A stretch of DNA of 64,000 bases. Source: Thermodesulfovibrionia bacterium. Lineage in GTDB: Bacteria > Nitrospirota > Thermodesulfovibrionia > UBA6902. Shown piece by piece: positions 1-7,112 of the stretch (position 1 is the first letter of the stretch; every line of letters starts with the position of its first letter). The stretch lies in contig CAMYNN010000001.1 in NCBI GenBank assembly GCA_947259735.1, positions 114,515 to 178,514 on the forward strand, written 5' to 3'. The translations under genes and the position numbers were made by a program. The notes under the pieces were generated by a model. The model did not search any database. It was not told the origin of the DNA and worked only from the letters and a program-made list of their open reading frames with translations.

Positions 1-169
1 ATGACTCTGTCCATAAAGCGGTACGGCAGCAAAGGGCCCTAGTCGATCTTTACCCCGAGTGCAAAGCATCGAAAAGTCTTTTAACTATATCAAAAAAAAT
101 CATCAATGATAACCCTAACCATATAAAGGGGACTCTCCAGTTTTTCCTTGGAGGTCTGTTGAAGGTGCA

Positions 170-901
170 ATGTTAAAGTACAAGAAAAAAATAAAAGAGG
201 AAGAAAGAGAAGAGATAATTAAAGAGTTTCTGCCCTATATCAAATATACGGCGTACAGACTCTCCTGGAAACTTCCCCATCATGTCACCATTGACGATCT
301 TATCAGTATGGGGCTCATGGGATTAATGGATGCACTTGATCGGTTTGAACCGGGGAAAGTCAAGCTCAAGACATATGCGGAGCTGCGGATCAAGGGTTCC
401 ATGATCGATGAATTGCGGGCCACGGCATGGATCCCAAGATCGATGAGAAAGAAAATAGAGACAATAAACAAGGCGCGCCTGAAGCTCGAGAAGAGAGACG
501 GCAGGATGCCCGATGATGCAGAAGTCGCCAAATCGATGAACATGCCTCTTGAAGAATATTTCAAGATTCTACAGTATGCGACGTCTTCAAACCCCGTGCG
601 ACTCGAGGATTTTCGAAACAGTAAATACGCTGATAGCAATCTGAATATAACGGAGTGTATTGCCGATCCGAAGGCCAAGAGTCCGCTCTCCATTCTGGAA
701 GAGAAGGATACGAAGGAGAAACTTGCAGACCTGATAGACACACTTCCCAAAAAAGAGAAGACAGTCCTTGCTCTGTACTATTATGAGGAACTGACAATGC
801 AGGAAATAGGGAAAGTGCTGAGTATTACGGAGTCACGGGTCTGCCAGATACACAGTCAGGCACTTGGAAAACTGAAAACGAAAATCCAACAGGTGGGATG
901 A
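170..901 (+). CDS. fliA: Flagellar sigma factor sigma-28 (FliA/WhiG family)
   Basis: 243-aa ORF with sigma-70-family region 2 (DDLISMGLMGLMDALDRFEP), region 3 and a C-terminal region 4.2 HTH (LTMQEIGKVLSITESRVCQIHSQAL). It heads a flagellar cluster, and two consensus sigma-28 promoters lie downstream. Confidence 0.9.
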   Translation: MLKYKKKIKEEEREEIIKEFLPYIKYTAYRLSWKLPHHVTIDDLISMGLMGLMDALDRFEPGKVKLKTYAELRIKGSMIDELRATAWIPRSMRKKIETINKARLKLEKRDGRMPDDAEVAKSMNMPLEEYFKILQYATSSNPVRLEDFRNSKYADSNLNITECIADPKAKSPLSILEEKDTKEKLADLIDTLPKKEKTVLALYYYEELTMQEIGKVLSITESRVCQIHSQALGKLKTKIQQVG

Positions 902-902
902 G

Positions 903-1157
903 GTGAAAATGAAAATTACATTTAAAAGTTTACCCCTCTGCAGGGAAAATGTCAGAGAGACTGTGTCAAAGGAAAATGTAGCGGAGCTGATAGACAGTCT
1001 CCCTCTGGAGGAAAAAACAGTACTTGCCCTTTATTATGCGGAAGAGTTGACGGTACGAGAAATAGGCGCAGTACTTGACATACCGGAGTCCCTGGTCTGT
1101 CAGATCGGGAATCAGGCCCTTGGAAGACTGAGAACTGACGTCGGTCAATATGGCTGA
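903..1157 (+). CDS. Stand-alone sigma-factor region-4 domain protein (truncated FliA paralog, 84 aa)
   Basis: Starts 2 nt after the fliA stop (GTG 903 / ATG 909). The C-terminal ~60 aa align colinearly with the FliA C-terminus (AELIDSLPLEEKTVLALYYAEELTVREIGAVLDIPESLVCQIGNQALGRL vs ADLIDTLPKKEKTVLALYYYEELTMQEIGKVLSITESRVCQIHSQALGKL). The DNA is diverged largely at synonymous positions. No region 2 or 3 is present. Confidence 0.6.
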   Translation: MKMKITFKSLPLCRENVRETVSKENVAELIDSLPLEEKTVLALYYAEELTVREIGAVLDIPESLVCQIGNQALGRLRTDVGQYG

Positions 1158-1187
1158 TGGCTTTATTCGGGAGAAGAGGATAAATAG

Positions 1188-1355
1188 ATGGGAATCGACG
1201 GTCTTGGCAAAACATATGACATTCCTCCCATAAAAAAGGAGCAGGAACCCGGAATGAACAAAGAGCGGAGAGAACGGAAAAAAAAGGAAAGAAAAAAAAT
1301 CAAAAATGAAGAAGACCATATTATTCAAAAGGGAAGAGTGGACATACGAATATAG
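1188..1355 (+). CDS. Possible small (55 aa) highly basic Lys/Arg/Glu-rich protein
   Basis: ATG 1188 is preceded by GAAGAGGA. Translation is MGIDGLGKTYDIPPIKKEQEPGMNKERRERKKKERKKIKNEEDHIIQKGRVDIRI, below the ORF-track length cut-off. No family was recognised, and the purine-rich low-complexity DNA may be non-coding. Confidence 0.25.
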   Translation: MGIDGLGKTYDIPPIKKEQEPGMNKERRERKKKERKKIKNEEDHIIQKGRVDIRI

Positions 1356-1492
1356 GGTAATTTTTTCCATTGGGAAAAATGTTCCCGCAAAAAACTGGAA
1401 CCAGATATGAAAAAGCCAAGAAGGAGAGACGTAAGTGCTGAAAAGTCGGGAGCAAAATTGCATTCCGAGAGAATGATTTGTTTTGACTTTCC

Positions 1493-1508
1493 TGGCATTG
1501 ATTTTGCG
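1493..1508 (+). promoter_or_regulatory. sigma-54 (-24/-12) type promoter immediately upstream of flgF
   Basis: TGGCATTGATTTTGCG has GG at 1494-1495 and GC at 1506-1507, the canonical TGGCA-N6-TTGC spacing. It lies only ~12 nt before the flgF ATG at 1520. Confidence 0.4.
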
Positions 1509-1519
1509 TTATACAAATC

Positions 1520-2230
1520 ATGAATAAAGGTATCTACATAGCGCTCTCAGGAGCAGTCCTTAAAAAAAGAAATCTGGATATATTTGCCCAGAACATTGCG
1601 AACACCAATACCTCAGGTTATAAGAAGGAACGGCTGTCATTTAAAGAATTCATAATTCCAGTGGATAATAACCATACTATGGTCCCTGACGAGCGGGTAA
1701 TGGGTGAACTCTCAAAAAGCATGATTGATTTCTCAAACGGACCTGTCAAAAGGACCGGGAATCCACTCGATGTTGCCATAAATGGCGAAGGTTTTTTTGC
1801 ACTTGAAGGGGGCAGGTACACAAGAAATGGAAGTTTTACAGTGAACAATGAAGGGTTCATTACGACTGAAGACGGGATACCTGTGCTGGCAGACGGAGGG
1901 CCTGTTTCGGTGGAGGGGAATGATATTGTAATAAGTTCTTCAGGTGAAATTAATGTGGATGGAGTATCAATCGGGAAGCTTCAGATTGTTGATTTTCCTG
2001 ATAAAGAAGTGCTCACAAAAGTAAATGGTACTATGTTTACCGCCGAGGGGGAAGGCACGGAAGTCGAATCATCACAGGTGAGTCAGGGTTTTCTGGAACA
2101 GTCTAATGTAAATGCTATTCAGGAAATGGTTCAGATGCTTGCATCTCAGAGGGAATTTGAAAGTTATCAGAAAATGATTCATGCCTTTGATGAGGCTGCG
2201 GGGAAGACGATAAATGAGATGGGAAAATAA
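1520..2230 (+). CDS. flgF: Flagellar basal-body rod protein FlgF
   Basis: 236 aa. N-terminal rod/hook signature (IYIALSGAVLKKRNLDIFAQNIANTNTSGYKK) and C-terminal signature (GFLEQSNVNAIQEMVQMLASQREFE). Located directly upstream of flgG. Confidence 0.85.
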   Translation: MNKGIYIALSGAVLKKRNLDIFAQNIANTNTSGYKKERLSFKEFIIPVDNNHTMVPDERVMGELSKSMIDFSNGPVKRTGNPLDVAINGEGFFALEGGRYTRNGSFTVNNEGFITTEDGIPVLADGGPVSVEGNDIVISSSGEINVDGVSIGKLQIVDFPDKEVLTKVNGTMFTAEGEGTEVESSQVSQGFLEQSNVNAIQEMVQMLASQREFESYQKMIHAFDEAAGKTINEMGK

Positions 2231-2292
2231 TTGATGATTGAAAAATTACATTACTATACAGGATTGAGAAAATAGTTTAACAGGAGGTAAGA

Positions 2293-3081
2293 ATGGACAG
2301 ATCACTGTTTATAGCAGCAACGGGCATGGAAGCACAACGGTTAAATATTGATGTCATATCAAACAACCTTGCCAATGTGAACACCACAGGGTATAAAAAG
2401 AGCAGGGCCGATTTCCAGGAACTTCTCTATCAGGGACTGAAAACCGCCGGAGCTGAGTCGGCTGACGGAATAGAAATTCCCACGGGCATACAGGTAGGTC
2501 TCGGAGTGAAACCTGCTGCGGTTCAGAAAATATTCAAGCAGGGCGATTTTGTCTCTACAGGGAATGAACTTGATATGGTAATCGAGGGGAAGGGTTTCTT
2601 TCAGGTATCACTCCCCGATGGAGAAATCGCATATACCCGTTCAGGATCATTCAAGATCAACAGTGAAGGGACCATTGTAACCTCTGACGGGTATCCTATG
2701 GAACCTGCCATCAGCATTCCCGGTGACGCACTGGAGACGACGATTACTTCTGACGGTGCCGTGTCTGTATTGCAGGCCGGGAGCTCAACGCCTTCAGGGG
2801 CCGGTCAGATTGAGCTTGCACAGTTTGTGAATCCCGCCGGTCTTAAAGCAATAGGGAAAAATCTCTTCCTTGCAACAGGTTCATCAGGTGATGCATCGGC
2901 AGGGAGCCCTTCTTCAGACGGACTTGGCGGAATCAACCAGGGTTTTGTGGAGCTCAGCAACGTTAATATTGTTGAAGAGATGGTGAACATGATCGTAAGT
3001 CAGAGGGCCTATGAACTGAACTCGAAGGTAATTCAGTCAACGGATGAAATGCTGGCAATGGTAAATAACCTTAAAAGATAA
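2293..3081 (+). CDS. flgG: Flagellar distal rod protein FlgG
   Basis: 262 aa. [36 protein letters not shown] at the N-terminus and [25 protein letters not shown] at the C-terminus. An AGGAGG RBS precedes the ATG. Confidence 0.9.
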   Translation: MDRSLFIAATGMEAQRLNIDVISNNLANVNTTGYKKSRADFQELLYQGLKTAGAESADGIEIPTGIQVGLGVKPAAVQKIFKQGDFVSTGNELDMVIEGKGFFQVSLPDGEIAYTRSGSFKINSEGTIVTSDGYPMEPAISIPGDALETTITSDGAVSVLQAGSSTPSGAGQIELAQFVNPAGLKAIGKNLFLATGSSGDASAGSPSSDGLGGINQGFVELSNVNIVEEMVNMIVSQRAYELNSKVIQSTDEMLAMVNNLKR

Positions 3082-3086
3082 TCAGT

Positions 3087-3214
3087 AAAGGATAAAGGAT
3101 GAGTCAAAGGCAGAAAGGCTGGAAGGATAAATTGATAATGAATAAAAAGAGAGTAAAGAAGATGACCTCTGTTTTATACAAATTACTTCTTTTATCCTTG
3201 GTCTTTCTGCCATT
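3087..3214. repeat. Inverted blocks of tandem degenerate heptanucleotides bracketing the flgA start
   Basis: The left block (TAAAGGA TAAAGGA ... AAAGGCAGAAAGGCTGGAAGGATAAA, 3106-3131) is the near reverse complement of 3190-3214 (TTTTATCCTTGGTCTTTCTGCCATT), about 21/26 with one gap. The ~58-nt loop holds the candidate ATGs 3138 and 3162. The right arm encodes the signal-peptide core LLLSLVFLPF. Confidence 0.6.
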
Positions 3215-3827
3215 CTCCTTTGCAGCTGAATCTGCATGGAGCCCTGAAGACGAGTTGAAACACTATTTGATGAATAATTATCCATGGGACGACATAGAGG
3301 TGACCAATGTGAAGGTCATGGGAAAATCTGGCGATAGGGCTCCGGAGAGAATCATCGTTGAAAAGGGCCCGCTCGGCAGGGCAGTTTTTGTCTTTGTCTC
3401 GGAAAACAATAAAAGAAATATCGTGAAGGCCAGTGTCAGGGCATTCGGACAGATTGTAAAGAGTAAAAGATCATTCGGAAAAAGACATGTTATTGCGGAG
3501 GAAGACATATATCTTGCAAAGATGGATGTAAGAAAAATGCCGAGAAGCACAGTGAAAGATCCCGATACTATAGTGGGTAAGTCGTTGAAAAGGTCAATAA
3601 TGGCAAACGTCCCGGTCCTGGAGGGGATGATCGAAAGTTCCCGGGTGGTTGCGCGGGGCATGAGGGTCGTCCTTTTGATTAACAGCAATGGTCTCACTAT
3701 ACGGGCCGCTGGAAAGACAAAGGAAAAGGGCTATGTAGGAAAGCCTGTAAGGGCAGTAAATTTAACATCGAAAAGAGAAGTGAGCGGTGTGCTCATCGAT
3801 GATAGAACAGTTGAGGTCGAGCTATAA
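3138..3827 (+). CDS. flgA: Flagellar P-ring assembly chaperone FlgA
   Basis: The ORF is open from 3099. ATG 3138 (MNKKRVKKMTSVLYKLLLLSLVFLPFSFA) gives a classical signal peptide and has GGAAGGA upstream; 3099 and 3162 are alternatives. A C-terminal SAF-type FlgA domain is present (RGMRVVLLINSNGLTIRAAGKTKEKGYVGKPVRAVNLTSKREVSGVL). Position is between flgG and flgH. Confidence 0.8.
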   Translation: MNKKRVKKMTSVLYKLLLLSLVFLPFSFAAESAWSPEDELKHYLMNNYPWDDIEVTNVKVMGKSGDRAPERIIVEKGPLGRAVFVFVSENNKRNIVKASVRAFGQIVKSKRSFGKRHVIAEEDIYLAKMDVRKMPRSTVKDPDTIVGKSLKRSIMANVPVLEGMIESSRVVARGMRVVLLINSNGLTIRAAGKTKEKGYVGKPVRAVNLTSKREVSGVLIDDRTVEVEL

Positions 3828-3837
3828 AATGAAGGTC

Positions 3838-4025
3838 ACAAAATACAGAATACAGAAGATTAAAAAAAGAAAAAGAGTAAAGCGAATCAATTTGAAACAT
3901 AGAAGAGAGGTGAAAGAGTAAATGCAACAGGCTACAAAGAGAGCAGGAAAGAACAGATGGTTCAGGAATGGGAAAAGCTTTTATCTACAATCTGTTTGTA
4001 TTCTCTATTCTGTATTCTGCATTTT
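3838..4025. repeat. Inverted heptanucleotide-repeat pair bracketing the flgH translation start
   Basis: AAAATACAGAATACAGAAGA (3840-3859; heptads ACAAAAT ACAGAAT ACAGAAG) matches the reverse complement of TATTCTGTATTCTGCATTTT (4006-4025; heptads GTATTCT CTATTCT GTATTCT GCATTTT) at 18/20. The arms are ~146 nt apart and enclose the flgH RBS and ATG (3922). Confidence 0.75.
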
Positions 4026-4695
4026 TCTGGCCGGTTGCGCGACTCCAAGCGCAAAGCTTCCTCCCCCGCCTCCGAAATATGTAGATAATACAGAGAAAAT
4101 TTCTTCCCACTCTACACAAAATTCGCTCTGGTCTGACAGCGGTAATTTATTTGAAGACAGAAAGGCCCGGAGGCTGAATGATCTGGTAACCATAAATATC
4201 GTCGAAAATATTTCAGGCTCGGGGGCTGCTGACACAGAAACAAGCCGGGACTCTACTATGGCATTTAAATTGGAAGAGTTTCTGGGGATGAACAAGGATT
4301 TTAACCTTCATAATGTTGTAGGCCTAAAGGATCTGTACAAAGGCGGCAATGTGTTTGTGCCCGAAGTGAAAAGCACAAGCAAATCGAACTTTAAGGGAGA
4401 AGGAGATACAAACCGCGAAGGGCAACTCATTGCAACCATCACGGCCAAGGTAGTCGAGGTACTGCCGAATAACAATCTCATGCTGGAGGCACGAAAAGAA
4501 CTGACGATAAACAATGAGAAGCAGATTCTGGTTCTTACGGGTATGGTCAGGCCTGACGACATTTCGTCAGACAATGCCATATTCAGCAACAAGATTGCTG
4601 ATGCCCAAGTGTATTATGTTGGTGACGGTGTTATTCAGGAAAAGCAGCATCCAGGCTGGATGGTCAGGGCACTTGATCATGTGTGGCCCTTTTAA
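3922..4695 (+). CDS. flgH: Flagellar L-ring lipoprotein FlgH
   Basis: 257 aa. Signal peptide with lipobox FLAGC. Conserved FlgH core (LWSDSGNLFEDRKARRLNDLVTINIVENISGSGAADTETSRDS ... ILVLTGMVRPDDIS). Confidence 0.9.
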   Translation: MQQATKRAGKNRWFRNGKSFYLQSVCILYSVFCIFLAGCATPSAKLPPPPPKYVDNTEKISSHSTQNSLWSDSGNLFEDRKARRLNDLVTINIVENISGSGAADTETSRDSTMAFKLEEFLGMNKDFNLHNVVGLKDLYKGGNVFVPEVKSTSKSNFKGEGDTNREGQLIATITAKVVEVLPNNNLMLEARKELTINNEKQILVLTGMVRPDDISSDNAIFSNKIADAQVYYVGDGVIQEKQHPGWMVRALDHVWPF

Positions 4696-4701
4696 TAAGT
4701 T

Positions 4702-4837
4702 AAGAGTTGAAAGGTTAAAGTTGAGAGTCAGGAGTTAAATGATGGACACTAAAAGGAAAGATATGAAGATGAGCATAAGAATATTATTGGCGCTTCTACT
4801 TGCACTTTTCACTTTTCACTCCTCACTTCTCACTTCT
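4702..4837. repeat. Inverted heptanucleotide-repeat blocks bracketing the flgI start
   Basis: Five tandem heptads lie upstream (AAGAGTT GAAAGGT TAAAGTT GAGAGTC AGGAGTT, 4702-4736, including the AGGAG RBS). Five more lie in the signal-peptide coding region (CACTTTT CACTTTT CACTCCT CACTTCT CACTTCT, 4803-4837). The best local complementarity is GAGAGTCAGGAGT vs the reverse complement of ACTCCTCACTTCTC (one bulge, one mismatch). Confidence 0.55.
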
Positions 4838-5875
4838 GTATACGCCGATCGTATTAAGGACATAGCAAAATTTGAAGGAGTAAGGGACAATCAGCTCATC
4901 GGATACGGCGTTGTCGTCGGGCTTGACAGTTCAGGCGACAAGGGAAAGTCGACGATAGAGAGCATTTCAAATATGCTGAAACGGATGGGAGTGACGATCG
5001 ACTCTGATGCCTTCAAATCAAAGAGCCTGGCTTCGGTTATTATAACGGCGACACTGCCGCCCTTTGCAAAGCCAGGTATGAAAATCGATGCGCTCGTCTC
5101 GACTATTGGCGATGCGAGCAGTCTACAGGGTGGAACATTACTTCTTACCCCCCTCAAAGGTCCTGACGGCGAGGTCTATGGCCTCGCCCAGGGACCTGTA
5201 TCTATCGGAGGTTTTTCGGCAGAGGGTGTCGGCGCATTGGCACAAAAGAATCACCCGACTGCAGGGAAAGTCCCCGAAGGGATTACTATAGAAAGAGAGC
5301 CTTTATTCACGCTGGGAAAGGGAGATGAAATCAGACTCTTTCTTAAAAAGGCTGATTTTGCAACAGCAGATAAAATATCGTCGCGAATCAATGAAGCGTT
5401 CAAGGGTGAATATGCCTTTGCGACTGATCCTTCATCGGTGAAAGTGGCAGTGCCATCTATGTATAGAGATAACTTTGTGGGTTTGATAGGGAGAATCGAA
5501 GAGCTGGATGTCGAGGTCGATATGGCTGCAAAGGTTGTTATAAACGAAAGAACGGGTACCATCGTTATTGGGAGTAACGTCCGGATAGCTCCTGTGGCTA
5601 TTGCCCATGGTTCACTGGCCATAGAAATCAATGAACTGCCGGAAGTTTCCCAGCCACTTCCTTTTTCTCCCAAGAATTCTGCAACGGTGGTGGTTCCCAG
5701 AACGAGCGTCTCCGTGATGGAACAGAAGGCGTCTCTTATTCCCGTTTCAGGGATTACGCTCGGACAGGTAGTCAGGGGACTGAATGCATTGGGAGTGACT
5801 CCCCGTGATTTAATATCCATCCTGCAGGCGTTAAAGTCAGCAGGTGCCTTGAGGGCGGAACTGGAGATAATATGA
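4739..5875 (+). CDS. flgI: Flagellar P-ring protein FlgI
   Basis: 378 aa. Signal peptide ends ...SVYA/DRIKDIAKFEGVRDNQLIGYGVVVGLDSSGD, the typical mature FlgI N-terminus. C-terminus is ...LISILQALKSAGALRAELEII. The start is ambiguous (4739, 4742 or 4763). Confidence 0.9.
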   Translation: MMDTKRKDMKMSIRILLALLLALFTFHSSLLTSVYADRIKDIAKFEGVRDNQLIGYGVVVGLDSSGDKGKSTIESISNMLKRMGVTIDSDAFKSKSLASVIITATLPPFAKPGMKIDALVSTIGDASSLQGGTLLLTPLKGPDGEVYGLAQGPVSIGGFSAEGVGALAQKNHPTAGKVPEGITIEREPLFTLGKGDEIRLFLKKADFATADKISSRINEAFKGEYAFATDPSSVKVAVPSMYRDNFVGLIGRIEELDVEVDMAAKVVINERTGTIVIGSNVRIAPVAIAHGSLAIEINELPEVSQPLPFSPKNSATVVVPRTSVSVMEQKASLIPVSGITLGQVVRGLNALGVTPRDLISILQALKSAGALRAELEII

Positions 5876-6210
5876 TCGATTTACCCGCACTTATCCAGCG
5901 TTATGAAGAGAAAGTGGTGAACACATCCGCAAAAGATGGAGCTCCAAAGCTCATCAATTCAAATGCTGACATAAAAAAAGTCGCGAAAGAAATGGAATCA
6001 CTCTTTGCCTACCAGTTATTAAAGACCATGAGAGAATCGGCAGAGAACATGTCAGTGGAAAAAAAAGGAAACGGGCATGGTACCTACATGAGTCTTTTCG
6101 ATATGGAAGTCTCTAAACTGTTTGCTGAAAGGGGACTTGGACTGCAAGATGCCATCATTCAGTCACTTGAAAGAGCGGCAGGCGCCAATGAACAGAATAG
6201 TAATGAATAA
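5872..6210 (+). CDS. flgJ: Rod-binding protein (FlgJ N-terminal domain only, no muramidase domain)
   Basis: 112 aa overlapping the flgI stop (ATGA). Rod_binding-type motif KKVAKEMESLFAYQLLKTMRES. Position matches flgJ in flg operons. Confidence 0.7.
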   Translation: MIDLPALIQRYEEKVVNTSAKDGAPKLINSNADIKKVAKEMESLFAYQLLKTMRESAENMSVEKKGNGHGTYMSLFDMEVSKLFAERGLGLQDAIIQSLERAAGANEQNSNE

Positions 6211-6233
6211 AAAGACATAACAAATGAGAGCAC

Positions 6234-6260
6234 TAAAGTTTTTCTTGAAAGTGCCGATAA
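6234..6260 (+). promoter_or_regulatory. sigma-28 (FliA) promoter for flgM-flgN-flgK-flgL
   Basis: TAAA (6234-6237), a 15-nt spacer, then GCCGATAA (6253-6260), an exact match to the TAAA-N15-GCCGATAA consensus. It lies ~105 nt upstream of flgM. Confidence 0.75.
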
Positions 6261-6366
6261 TAAACCCAGTAACTGTAAAGAGAATTTACAGTGGGGAGAT
6301 GCACCGAATGTATGAAGGAAAGACGGTGTTTGACATGACGCAGTTGCAAGAAAAGGGGGTAACAAG

Positions 6367-6660
6367 ATGAAGATAGATGGTAATAATCCGGTTGAAGGGA
6401 AAGAGCTTTACAATAAGGTTCAGGAACTGAATAAAAACCAGGATGCCGGGAAGATAGACAGTACGCAAAGCGAGGAGGCTGGCAGCGACAAAATAAGCCT
6501 GTCGGGAAGATCCCGTGAAATACATGAACTGAAGGGCCTGATAGAAAACTTGCCTGATATCAGAACTGATCGGGTTGAGGAAGTAAAAAAGGCCATTGAT
6601 TCCGGTAATTACAATATCGACTCACTGAAAGTTGCCGAGAAAGTCCTCGAAGAAATATGA
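6367..6660 (+). CDS. flgM: Anti-sigma-28 factor FlgM
   Basis: 97 aa. C-terminal FlgM signature (IRTDRVEEVKKAIDSGNYNIDSLKVAEKVLEE). Preceded by a sigma-28 promoter and followed by flgN. Confidence 0.8.
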   Translation: MKIDGNNPVEGKELYNKVQELNKNQDAGKIDSTQSEEAGSDKISLSGRSREIHELKGLIENLPDIRTDRVEEVKKAIDSGNYNIDSLKVAEKVLEEI

Positions 6661-7112
6661 CATCAGAGAAAGCGCTCACTGACATACTGAAGGAACAAAT
6701 CAATGCCTACAAGGTGCTCAATGAGCTCTTGAAAAAGGAACGGAAATGCCTCATTGACATTGAATCAGAGAAGGTCGAGGAAATTTCAAAGGAAAAAGAT
6801 ACTGTCATTATGAAACTCAGGCTCCTTGAAGAAGAGAGGCAGCGACTGACCATGCAGTGTGCTGACCACAACGGGCTGGGCAGTGATATCAATCTGGAAG
6901 AGCTCGGAAAAGCGACAGGCAACAAAGAGTTTCCTGATTTGCGTTCACAGTTGCTGTCACTCCTTCAGAGTATAGAGGAAATGAACAGATTTAACTCGAT
7001 TCTGATAGACCGCTCACTTAATTATTTAAGGACAAATACAAAGTTTTTCAGCATATTTAAATCTGAAAATAATTCACAGACGACCGGAATGCTGTTGTCT
7101 AAGGAGACATAG
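6657..7112 (+). CDS. flgN: Flagellar export chaperone FlgN (for FlgK/FlgL)
   Basis: 151-aa helical protein overlapping the flgM stop and abutting the flgK start. Assigned by position and FlgN-like N-terminus (LTDILKEQINAYKVLNELLKKERKCLID); sequence family support is weak. Confidence 0.6.
   Translation: MTSEKALTDILKEQINAYKVLNELLKKERKCLIDIESEKVEEISKEKDTVIMKLRLLEEERQRLTMQCADHNGLGSDINLEELGKATGNKEFPDLRSQLLSLLQSIEEMNRFNSILIDRSLNYLRTNTKFFSIFKSENNSQTTGMLLSKET

Noticed and set aside
1-42. Frame-1 reading frame ending at TAG 40-42 (…SIKRYGSKGP*). It could be the 3' end of the gene preceding fliA (flhG/MinD-like by usual gene order).
   Set aside because: Only 13 codons are visible, which is far too little to identify or even to be sure it is coding.
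5251-5820. 189-aa minus-strand ORF inside flgI. Similar long antisense ORFs occur at 280-750, 3278-3697, 28112-28732, 32092-32730, 44312-45001 and 49463-50080.
   Set aside because: Each lies fully antisense to a gene with strong family motifs. They have no recognisable motifs or RBS of their own, and their low-complexity composition is typical of shadow ORFs.
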